From the NCBI GenBank assembly GCA_963733375.1, contig CAVTDB010000026.1:128001-192000 (forward strand): a stretch of DNA of 64,000 bases. Direction: 5' to 3'. The stretch comes from Nitrospirota bacterium (GTDB lineage Bacteria > Nitrospirota > JACRHJ01). The number at the start of each line of letters is the position of its first letter. Position 1 is the first letter of the stretch. Below the pieces are notes generated by a model that saw only the letters and a list, made by a program, of their open reading frames with translations, did no database searches and was not told the origin of the DNA. Of the stretch, positions 1 to 10,016 are shown one piece after another. Both the position numbers and the translations under genes were made by a program.

Positions 1-220
1 CTCCTTTTGCGGAAGAGATTGCAATATATCTCGCCAGGCCGACACCGAGACCCATGATAAGGACCGGTTCCATGAAGCTTGATGCCCGCCGTACAAGAGC
101 ATAAATCCCGAAGCCCTCGGGACCGAGCGACTTTGCGGCCAGTTTGTAAACCAGGATGCCGCAGAGGAAGCTAAAGGCATAACTTATAAAGGTAATTATA
201 AGGTCTTTTTTCATACTCAT
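1..220 (-). CDS. Wzx-like oligosaccharide flippase, N-terminal part (runs off window)
   Basis: Manual translation MSMKKDLIITFISYAFSFLCGILVYKLAAKSLGPEGFGIYALVRRASSFMEPVLIMGLGVGLARYIA; LGPExFGxY motif typical of Polysacc_synt flippases; AGAGG RBS upstream. Confidence 0.75.
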   Translation of the reverse strand, partial: MSMKKDLIITFISYAFSFLCGILVYKLAAKSLGPEGFGIYALVRRASSFMEPVLIMGLGVGLARYIAISSAKG

Positions 221-414
221 CCTCTTACTTATTCAGAAGCGTGGATTGTCGAGAGCAAAAACCTTGATGAAGGCTTAGAACGGGCTTAGAACTTTAAAAA
301 ACGATTTCTCGGTGGCTTCGGATGGTAGAAATGCTTTAATAAATATAACACCGGACAACTATTTGTCAACTACGGCAGGAATGGGTTTTAATTAAGAATT
401 AAGGATTAGATCCC

Positions 415-451
415 AAAAAAAAGGGGGTTGGGCAATAGCCCAACCCCTTTT
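415..451. terminator. Rho-independent terminator, probably bidirectional
   Basis: A-run, GGGGTTGGGC-AATA-GCCCAACCCC hairpin, T-run; lies just downstream of the minus-strand gene ending at 477. Confidence 0.75.
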
Positions 452-476
452 AATCTAAGGTTACCCGTCAGAGATG

Positions 477-3400
477 TTAGTACGCTCCTATGTCATATGA
501 CGGTCCGGGGGACATTATTAAATTTGTAAGTTAACTGGCTTATTGGCGTCCCCGCGCCAATCGCAGGGCTTCCGGCATTCAGCCGGTAATTCCCGATGAA
601 GAGCTTACATAGGAAGGGTTTGCGCTGATCGAATGCTGCTCGTTAGCGGATGTTGGCCTCTGTACTGCGCAAGGGAATAGTTCGATCCATTCCACTGGAT
701 ATCGGTCGCGTTGCCGTACCAGAGATTATAGTCGCCAGCGATCTTGGGTGTAATCAAACGAGCCGACCCTCATGCCCCACTGACTGCAATTGCTGATGAT
801 ATTGTTTTTCATCGTGAGGTTGACACTCCCACCGGATCGTTCTGCCCGGCTTGGCCGAAATCAAGGCCGTAATGGCATTCTGTCTATGGTGTTGTTATAG
901 CATCAACTAGTTTTGCCCGTCGTCGCCGAACAAAATCCCGAAATTGCAAGTTTGTTATAACGTTGTTGTAAATCAACGGCCATTTACGTCTGGGGCCGTG
1001 CCAGCCCTGGATGCCCCAGCTCGCAATGTGCTAATCAGGTTGTTCCGGATCGTTATGTTCGAGTAGATGCCATGATATAGATACCTGGTCCTGGCTATGT
1101 ATTAGTACCTATGTCGCAATCGAGAACGCAGTTTTGAATCGTAATGTTCGATGCGTTGCCGCCGCCCCAATCAGAAACTATATTGCCGTCAACACTGTAG
1201 TGCTGTATGGTCATTCCATCAAGGACTATGACCCTGAATTTTCAAAAACCACAAAAACACCCGGCAGACACACATGTCCCGTCAAAAACCGGCGTCTCGC
1301 CAGGATAGGCCTTGAAGGTAATCGGGGCAGTCGCCGTGCCGGATGGCGAGTACCAGTTCAGACCATTGTGCCCAAGCCCCCTGCCCCGTGTAAGTCCCGC
1401 CGCGGGCATAAAGGGTGTCTCCGGCCTTTAATTGCTTGCTTGCGTATGGCCAGCGTCTTCCACGGCGAGCTTATCGTCCCGCTGTTACTGTCCGAACCGG
1501 TCGGGAGACATGTAATAGGAGTTGCCCGTCGAGACGGTGGCCGCCGCCAGGGTGTAAGCGTCCGAATTCGTGGTGGTAGCGCCTGAACTGTCCTTAACGG
1601 TAACTTTGACGGTATTGCTGCCCGCCATGGCGCTGGTCGTGGCCCAGTTCCAGGAACTGGAAGTGCCATAGGCCTGCGTCACCACAAATGTGCCGCTGGT
1701 GTCAGGCCCGCTCCTGGAGAACTGGTACTGGTAGCCCCCGCTGCCGCCCGAAGCGGTTGAAGTGCATGTAACCGTCGTGCCGGCAGTCGCCGTAGTGGGA
1801 CTGACAGCAAGGCCGTCCGAGAGGGGAGGCGGCGTTGATGCTGGATAAAGTATATGCAACGGAAACGGTCGCCGTAGCACCTGTGCTGTCTTTTACGCTG
1901 ACAGATATGGTGTTGCTGCCCGCCATCGCGCTGGTCGTGGCCCAGTTCCAGGTATTAGAGGTGCCGTAGGCCTGAACCACAATGGATGACCCGCCGGTGT
2001 CCGGGCCGGTGCGAGAGAACTGGTACTGGTAACTGCCGGACCCGCCGGTTGCCGCGGCGGTCCAGGTGACAGATGCGCCCGCAGTCGCCGGTGACCGGGT
2101 TGGCCGTAAGCGAATTTACCGCTATCGGTGTATTGCTTACCGTGTAGGCCGGGAGCCGTGCTTGAGACCTGGCCCGTGCCGTCGGAATTCCTCACTCCGA
2201 CCGTTATCGTGTCGCTCCCGACCATTGCGCTGGTGGGAGTCCAGGTCCATGTCCTTGGACGTCCCCCAGGCTTGGGCCACCACGGCCGTCCCGCCGGTGT
2301 CCGGGCCGGTGCGTGAGAACTGGTACTGGTATGTGCCGCGTACCGCCGGAGGCTGACGCCGTCCAGGTTACCGGAGTCCCCACCGTAACAGGGACTTGGC
2401 ACGCTCGGGGTTATGGAGCCGATGACGATGGCCGTGACCACCTGCGCTATGGTATATGTCACTGATTTCGAGACCGTCCCGGAGCCGTCCGAGTTTCTGA
2501 CGCTGACCATGATGGTGTTTGTGCCTGCCATTGAAGATGTGGTGGCCCAGTTCCACGAACTGGAACTGCCCCAGCCCTGCGCTACCACGTAGGCTCCGCT
2601 CGTGTCAGGGCCCATCCTGGAGAACTGGTACTGGTATGTGCCGCTCCCGCCCGTGGCTGACGCCGTCCAGGTGACGGATGCGCCAGCCGTCGCAGGGCTT
2701 GCAACTGATGGTACCAACGAGTTTACCACAATAGCCGGAACTGTGGCCGGACTTACGGTATAGGCCGGGGCCGTGCTTGTGACCTGGCCCGTGCCGTCGG
2801 AATTCCTCACTCCGACCGTTATCGTGTCGCTCCCGACCATTGCGCTGGTGGGAGTCCAGGTCCATGTCTTTGCCGTCCCCCATGCCTGCGCCACCACGGC
2901 CGTCCCGCCGGTATCCGGGCCGGTGCGTGAGAACTGGTACTGGTATGTGCCGCGTTCCGCCCGTGGCCGACGCCGTCCAGGTTACGGAAGTGCCAACCGT
3001 CTCAGGGCTTGCAACTGATGGTGCCAACGAGTTTACCACAATGGCCGGAACAGTGGCCGGACTTACGGTATAGGCCGGGGCCGTGCTTGAAACCTCGCCC
3101 GTGCCGTCGGAATTTTTGACGTAAACCGATATCGTGTTGCTGCCCGCCATCGCCGAAGTCGTCGTCCAGGACCAGGTATTGGAAGTCCCGTATGCCTTCG
3201 CCACTACGGCCGTACCGCCGGTGTCCGGGCCGGTGCGCATGAACTGGTACTGGTATGTGCCGCTCCCGCCGGTGGCTGACGCCGTCCAGGTGACGGTGTT
3301 GCCCGCCACGGCCGAAGATACGCTTGGCGTTATGGAGCTTATAGTGATGGCCGAGGCGGCCCCCACGGTATAAGTTTTAGACTTGGAGCCTTTACCTTTC

Positions 3401-5369
3401 GAATTGGTCGATATGCCCGCCGCGGCCGTCGTAATGGACGAATCCATGACGTTGACTAAAATGCTGTTGGTGCCGACCGATGAACTACCGATGTCCCAGT
3501 TCCAGTTGTTCGAATTGCCCCAGTCCTGGACTAAAGCGTAAGCTCCCGCCGTGTCCGGACCCTTCCGGAGGAACTGGTATTTATAATTGCCGCTGCCGCC
3601 GGCGGCGGCGGCGGTCCATGTTACAGCCTGTCCCGGAACTGCGGCCGGCAGGCTTGGAGCAAGGTCATTTACAGTTACCGGTACGTTAGCTGTTACATTT
3701 ATGCCTGTCCCGGGCATTTCAACGTTTCCTGCCTTATCTGTAGCCCTTGTCATGATGGTGTAGGACCCATCCTGGGGCGGAGTCCAGCTGTAGCTCCATT
3801 GTGAGGCGCCCTTTGCCGTGTTCCAGGTCGTACCGCCGTCTGTGGATACTTCCACCTGGTCACGCCGCCAACCTTTCCGTCGGCCGCAACGCCATTCACT
3901 GCGACTGTGGAACCCGTAAGCCTCGCGCCGTTTTTCGGATGCGTTATTTTCGAGCCCGGCGGGGCAAGCCTGACGACATTCACGTATGAGCAACTGATTA
4001 TGGTCTCATGCGCGCCGCTCGAATCCGTCGCGCGGCTCATTATCAGATATGCGCCATTTGTCGCCGGTGTCCATTTATAGTTCCATGTTGTCGTGCCGCT
4101 GGCCGTATCCCCAGGTCGTCCCGCCGTCTGTCGATACTTCCACGAAAGAGACGCCGTCCGCGGCCGAAGCCGTGCCGGTGACGGTGAGACCGGAGCTGCC
4201 GGCAAATGCCTTGCCAGCGGTTACAGGCGAAGTTATTGTCGAGACCGGTAAGGCGTATGACGGCCCCTCGATCATCCTGATGCGGTTGTTCTTGCTGTCG
4301 GCTACGAATATATTGCCCTTTGAATCCGTAGTGAGGCCAAACGGGTAGCGAAGTCCGGCATTGCCCGCGGCAGCGCCGTCGCCGGAAAATCCGGCAACCC
4401 CGGTCCCGGCCATAGTGTTTATCGTGCCGGAGGTATTGACTACCCTGACGCTCTGGTTGTACCAATCAGAAATATATACATTTCCGGCGGCGTCAACCGA
4501 GACGCCGGAAGGATGGTTAAGCGAGGCGGATATGGCATGTACCTCCGTCACCGGATAAGCCAGGCAGTGCCGTCGCCCGCCAGCGTCGTTATCCCGCCGT
4601 CCGAGCTGACAACCCTGACGCGCTGGTTATAACAGTCGGCGATGTAAAGTTTGCCCGCCGCGTCCAGGGCAATGCCCACAGGCCTGTTAAGCTTCGCCGA
4701 AATGGCGGGGCCGCCGTCTCCGGAAAAACCCGCCGCGCCCGTCCCGGCGACGGTCTTTATTATGCCCGTCGCATCTATCATCCGGATGCGGTTGTTGCCG
4801 GTATCCGATACGTATATATTCCCCTTGGAGTCCACCGCTACGCCTTCGGCTTGCTTTATGGCCGCCGAGACAGCCGGCCCGCCGTCGCCTGAGAAACGGG
4901 CGGCGCCGGTCCCTGCAACGGTAGTTATAATGCCGGATGCGCTTATCTTCCTGATGCGGTTGTTGCTCATGTCCGCGAAAAACACGTTCCCGGCGCTATC
5001 GACGGCAATGCCCGAAGGGTTCTTCAGCTTTGCGAGTATGGCGGAGCCGCCGTCGCCTGAATAACCCGCGGCGCCAACGCCCGCGATGGTCGATATCTTG
5101 CCGGTGGCGTCAATTTTCCTGATGCGCTGGTTGGCCCTGTCCGAGACGTAGAGGTTGCCCGCGGCGTCAGACGCCACGCAGCTCGGGGCACTTAGCCGGG
5201 CCGCAGTAGCCTGGCCCCCGTCGCCTGAGAAACCTGCGTTGCCAAGACCTGCATAAGTGTGGATATCGCCGGAAGATGCGAATGCCTCTTGCGAGGCGAA
5301 TATGAGAAGCGGGAGTAGAAGGATGAATACATAGAAATTGAAAAGCTTGGAACTCTTTTGCAGACCCAT
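477..5369 (-). CDS. Large secreted protein, paralog 1: signal peptide, NHL beta-propeller, 2 bacterial Ig domains, 7 Ig-like repeats, right-handed beta-helix, C-terminal DIGAY; multiple frameshifts
   Basis: ORF fragments 4548-5447, 4075-4551, 2605-3993, 1893-2897, 1702-1980 and 1485-1880 join into one colinear architecture; GFSGDGG NHL repeats; VEVSTDGGTTW Ig motif; ends SYDIGAY* at 477. Confidence 0.75.
1545..3690 (-). repeat. Seven ~300-bp tandem intragenic repeats (Ig-like, VTWTASATGGSGTYQYQFxRxGPDT)
   Basis: GAACTGGTACTGGTA or a close variant recurs at ~300-bp spacing (about 1718, 2016, 2316, 2622, 2930, 3241, 3571). Confidence 0.8.
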
Positions 5370-5531
5370 TTTTTTTCCTCCGTGTTGCTTGAGGGCAAAG
5401 CACTTTAAGAACTGTTCCAACATACTCTGATGCGGTTTTTTTATCAAATTAATTGTTTTTAATTAATCCATATTAATCAAACAGTTAGCGGTAATGGTCT
5501 TAGGCGGCGCGTGGAGCATATACGTAAGCAT

Positions 5532-5562
5532 AAAAAAGCCCGCAACTTCACGTTGCGGGCTT
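5532..5562. terminator. Hairpin AAGCCCGCAAC-TTCAC-GTTGCGGGCTT with A-run
   Basis: Perfect 11-bp inverted repeat between the two paralogs. Confidence 0.6.
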
Positions 5563-5587
5563 AGAGATTTTGGAAGTTTATTCAACT

Positions 5588-5618
5588 AAAAAAAGGGGTT
5601 GGACATAGCCCAACCCCC
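5588..5618 (-). terminator. Rho-independent terminator of paralog 2
   Basis: A-run plus GGGGTTGG...CCAACCCC; homologous to the 415-451 hairpin. Confidence 0.65.
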
Positions 5619-5636
5619 ATCGCTTCCGTTCCTTTC

Positions 5637-8424
5637 CTAATAAGCGCCTATGTCCCAGGATGTACGGGTAGCGCCGGTTATATTGGTATTGAACAGCGTC
5701 TGCGGCGTCCCCGCGCCAATCGCAGGGCTACCGGCATTCAGCCGGTAATTCGATCGAGCTTACAAAGGAGGGGTTCGCGCCAATTGAATGCGCGTCGTTA
5801 GCGGTGTTGGCCTTGATACTGCGCAAGGGAATAGTTCGAACCTTTCCACTGGACATCGGTCGCGTTACCGTACCAGAGATTATAGTCGCCGGCGATCTGG
5901 CGTGTAATCAAACGACCCGACCCGCATGCCCCACTGACGCAGTTGCTGATGATATTGTTTTTCATCGTGAGGTTGACTACTCCCACAGGATTGTTCTGCC
6001 CGGCTTGGCTGAAATCAAGGCCGTATTGCGTTGCTGTCTATGGTATTGTTGTAAATCCCGTATGTTTTGCCCGTCATCGCCTAACAAAATCCCGAAATTG
6101 CAATTTGTTATAATGTTGTTGTAAATCAACAACCCATTTACGTTGGGGCCATGCCAGCCCTGGATGCCACAGCTCGCAATGTGCTGAATCAGGTTGTTTC
6201 GGATTGTTATGTTTGCAGTAGATGCCATGATATAGATACCCTGGTCCTGGCTTGTATTAGTACCTATGTGCTCGAGAACGCAGTTTTGAATCGTGATGTT
6301 CGTTGCATTGGTGTAAAAAATCAATGCCGTCAACACTGTAGTTCTGTATGGTGATTCCATCAAGGATTATGTACCCTGAATTTTCAAAAACGCACAAAGA
6401 CACCCGGCAGACACACCTGTCCCGTCAAAAATCGGCGTCTCTCCAGGATAGGCCTTGATGGTTATCGGGGCGGATGCGTGCCAGATGCGAGAGCATAGAC
6501 CATTGCAAGACCCTTGTCCCGTGTAAGTTCCGCCACGGACATAAAGGGTGTCGCCTGCTTTCAGGGCCGCCGCTCCGTGGGCTAGCGTCTTCCACGGCGA
6601 GCTTATCGTCCCGCTGTTGCTGTCCGAACCGGTCGGAGCTATGTAATAGGAGTTGCCCGTCGAGGTGGGGCTAGGGGTCGGGGTCGGGGTCGGAGTCGGA
6701 GTCGGGGTCGGAGAGGTGCCGCCAGTTGCCGACAGGCTGACGGTGACATTTATGCCTGTGCCGGGCGTTTCAACGTTTCCTGCCTTATCCGTAGCCCTTG
6801 TCATGATGGTGTAGGACCCATCCTGGGGCGGAGTCCAGCTGTAGCTCCATTGTGAGGCGCCCTTCGCCGTATTCCAGGTCGTCCCGCCGTCTGTGGATAC
6901 TTCCACCTTGGCCAAGCCGCAACCCTTTCCGTGGGCCGCAACGCCATTCACTGCGACTTTGGAAGCCGTAAGCCTCGCGCCGTTTTTCGGATGCGTTATT
7001 TTCGAGCCCGGCGGGGCAAGCCTGACGAGTACGTTCACGTATGAGCAACTGATTATGGTCTCATGCGCGCCGCTCGAATCCGTCGCACGGCTCATTATCA
7101 GATATGCGCCATCTGTCGTCGGGCTCCATTTATAGCTCCATGTTGCCGTGCCGCTGGCCGTACCCCAGGTAGCCCCGCCGTCTGTCGATACTTCCACGAA
7201 AGAGACGCCGCCCGCGGCCGAAGCCGTGCCGGTGACGGCGAGACCTGAGCTGCCGGCAAATATCTTGCCAGCGGTTACAGGCGAAGTTATTGTCGAGACC
7301 GGTAAGGCGTATGACGGCCCCTCGATCATCCTGATGCGGTTGTTCTTGCTGTCGGCTACGAATATATTGCCCTTTGAATCCGTAGTGAGGCCAAACGGGT
7401 AGCGAAGTCCGGCATTGCCCGCGGCAGCGCCGTCGCCGGAAAATCCGGCAACCCCGGTCCCGGCCAGAGTGTTTATCGTGCCGGAGGTATTGACTACCCT
7501 GACGCCCTGGTTGTGCCAGTCGGCTATATATACAGTTCCCGCGGCGGTAACCGACACGCCTGAAGGAAATCTAAGCGAGGCGGACATGGCATGTCCTCCG
7601 TCACCGGATAAGCCAGGCGTGCCGTCGCCCGCCAGCGTCGTTATCCCGCCGTCCGAGCTGACAACCCTGACGCGCTGGTTATAACAGTCGGCGATGTAAA
7701 GTTTGCCCGCCGCGTCCAGGGCAATGCCCACAGGCTTGTTAAGCTTCGCCGAAATGGCGGGGCCGCCGTCTCCGGAAAAACCCGCCGCGCCCGTCCCGGC
7801 GACGGTCTTTATTATGCCCGTCGCATCTATCATCCTGATGCGGTTGTTGCCGGTATCCGATACGTATATATCCCCTTTGGAGTCCACCGCTACGCCTTCG
7901 GCATGGTTTATGGCCGCCGAGACAGCCGGCCCGCCGTCGCCTGAGAAACGGGCGGCGCCGGTCCCTGCAACGGTAGTTATAATGCCGGATGCGCTTATCT
8001 TCCTGATGCGGTTGTTGCTCATGTCCGCGAAAAACACGTTCCCGGCGCTATCGACGGCAATGCCCGAAGGGTTTTTCAGCTTTGCGAGTATGGCGGAGCC
8101 GCCGTCGCCTGAATAACCCGCGGCGCCAACGCCCGCGATGGTCGATATCTTGCCGGTGGCGTCTATTTTCCTGATGCGCTGGTTGGCCCTGTCCGAGATG
8201 TAGAGGTTGCCCGCGGCATCAGACGCCACGCAGCTCGGGGCACTTAGCCGGGCCGCAGTAGCCTGGCCCCCGTCGCCTGAGAAACCTGCGTTGCCAAGAC
8301 CTGCATAAGTGTGGATATCGCCGGAGGATGCGAATGCCTCTTGCGAGGCGAATATGAGAAGCGGGAGTAGAAGGATGAATACATAGAAATTAAAAAGCTT
8401 GTAATTTTTTTTCAGACCCATCAT
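5637..8424 (-). CDS. Secreted protein, paralog 2: NHL propeller, 2 Ig domains, Pro-Thr linker, right-handed beta-helix, DIGAY end; frameshifted in 3' part
   Basis: ORF 6367-8496 plus fragments 5977-6363 and 5798-5986; YYIAPTGSDSNSGTISSPWKT beta-helix N-cap; ends WDIGAY* at 5637; likely start ATG 8424 after GGAGG. Confidence 0.8.
6673..6712 (-). repeat. Hexamer repeat encoding a (Pro-Thr)n linker
   Basis: (GGGGTC/GGAGTC)n on + strand; TPTPTPTP in translation. Confidence 0.8.
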
Positions 8425-8662
8425 TTTTGATTCCTCCGTGCTGTTTGGGGGTAATTCCCTTTCAGAACTGCCCCAAGATACGCTGGAGCGGGCCATGAAT
8501 CAAATTAAAAGTCTTTAATTAATCTTTATTAATCAAAGGTTAGCAGTAATGGTCTGTTAAAGAAATGGTTTTGGGTGGTAAGGAAAGCATGAAAAAGCTT
8601 TAAAAGCGGGCGCCTCGAACGATAAGTACATAGTTGTTTTTGTGTAGCGGCAATCACTGCCG

Positions 8663-8872
8663 TCATTGCATTTTTTCCTGCGTCATATCCTCCTTTCTTT
8701 CATCCTGCTTTAAGTGATATCCAAGATAGAAAGGACATATTCTGCATAAAACAGTAGTGCAGTACTCTCTTAGCTGGAAGTTACTGGGGCAGTACGATTC
8801 ATTCACTGTGCAACAGTGGTATGCAACCCTTTTTGACAGATGCGGACATCTTGTTTTAGGCATATTTAGCAC
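8663..8872 (-). CDS. Small Cys-rich hypothetical protein (putative metal-binding)
   Basis: CPHL...CC...YCPSNFQLREYC...CRICPF; GAGGGG RBS upstream. Confidence 0.55.
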   Translation of the reverse strand: MLNMPKTRCPHLSKRVAYHCCTVNESYCPSNFQLREYCTTVLCRICPFYLGYHLKQDERKEDMTQEKMQ

Positions 8873-9196
8873 CCCTCGCTGTTTAACCTTTTTTAAATAT
8901 GAGGGCTGATAGACTACTCTCTAGACGGTACGTGACGCGCTGAAGTTACAAAAAAAGCGAAACTATGGGAAACGTATTCAGTTTCAGGGAAGTCTTCAGG
9001 CAAAACGGCGGAAAATGCAGGTGCGGCTGAAACTCCCAGTAACAATTTCAAATTAGGTAAGTGATGGATTTATCCCATCAAGGAGTAGATACCCGTATGT
9101 TATGCTTAATTGAGGCAAAAGGGTATTTGCAATAATAAGGTTGACGCGGTAATCTTTAAATAATGCTGTCGGTTAATCTAATAAAGGGAGGCTGTT

Positions 9197-9487
9197 ATGG
9201 CGGGGTTGGGTGATATATTCAAGGGCAATATCGTTACTGCCGTAGTGATTGGGGTGGGTGCAATAATACTTGCGCCGGTGGCGGCCCGCGCGGCCAAACC
9301 GCTCGCCAAGGCCGCGTTAAAGGGCGGGCTGATTGCCTTTGAGAAGGGCAAGGAGGCGTTTCACGAGGTGAGCGAGGTGGTCGAGGACCTGGTGGCAGAG
9401 GTCAAGGCGGAGATGGAGAAGGAGGAGGCGAAGGAAACCCTTGAATCCATTGTCGCTGAAGGGGGAGAGATTACAAGTGCCTCCTAA
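9197..9487 (+). CDS. DUF5132-like small protein (Gly-rich hydrophobic segment plus amphipathic acidic helix; FezA-like)
   Basis: AVVIGVGAIILAPV...KPLAKAALKGGL...EVVEDLVAEVKAE; GGAGG RBS. Confidence 0.75.
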   Translation: MAGLGDIFKGNIVTAVVIGVGAIILAPVAARAAKPLAKAALKGGLIAFEKGKEAFHEVSEVVEDLVAEVKAEMEKEEAKETLESIVAEGGEITSAS

Positions 9488-10004
9488 AGCCGGGCCGGAA
9501 GCGCCGTCGGCCTATATAAGCCATGCGACAAAAGGAAGGGTGCGGTTCAAGATACCTTCCAAGAAGGGCAACGCCCGTTTCTTTGCAAATATCAAGGACG
9601 TTCTTGAAAAAAATACCAGGGTCGCGGGTGTTGAAGTCAATCCCGTGACCGGCAGCGCCCTTGTCACCCACAATGCCGACATGGATTCCATAATCAAGCT
9701 CGCGGAGTCGAACAAGTTCTTCAAGCTCGAAAAGCGCGGACGGCGGCATGTATCCAACAACGTGGTAGAGAGCTTCAAGAGCCTGGACAATACGTTGAAA
9801 TCCGCGACGGACGGAGAGCTTGACCTGCCCACCGCGTCATTCCTGACGCTGGCGGGAGTCGGGATATATGAAATTGCGAAAGGCAATTTCGCCGCGCCCG
9901 CATGGTATACCGCATTCTGGTATGCGCTCAACATATTCCTGAAGGCAAGGCCTGACGCCAATGAAATCGAAAGAGAGCTTGTTCCACTTGGCGTTATCGA
10001 ATAA
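9477..10004 (+). CDS. HMA2-domain protein with C-terminal membrane segment (FezC-like)
   Basis: SHATKGRVRFK R-rich motif; GVEVNPVTGSALV; C-terminal PAWYTAFWYA. Confidence 0.75.
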   Translation: MPPKAGPEAPSAYISHATKGRVRFKIPSKKGNARFFANIKDVLEKNTRVAGVEVNPVTGSALVTHNADMDSIIKLAESNKFFKLEKRGRRHVSNNVVESFKSLDNTLKSATDGELDLPTASFLTLAGVGIYEIAKGNFAAPAWYTAFWYALNIFLKARPDANEIERELVPLGVIE

Positions 10005-10016
10005 TGCAAGGGCAAT

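Noticed and set aside
8500-9190. c-di-GMP or other riboswitch upstream of the secreted proteins
   Set aside because: No correctly ordered GGCAAA/GAAA/GACGCAAA core found by eye; an Rfam scan would be decisive
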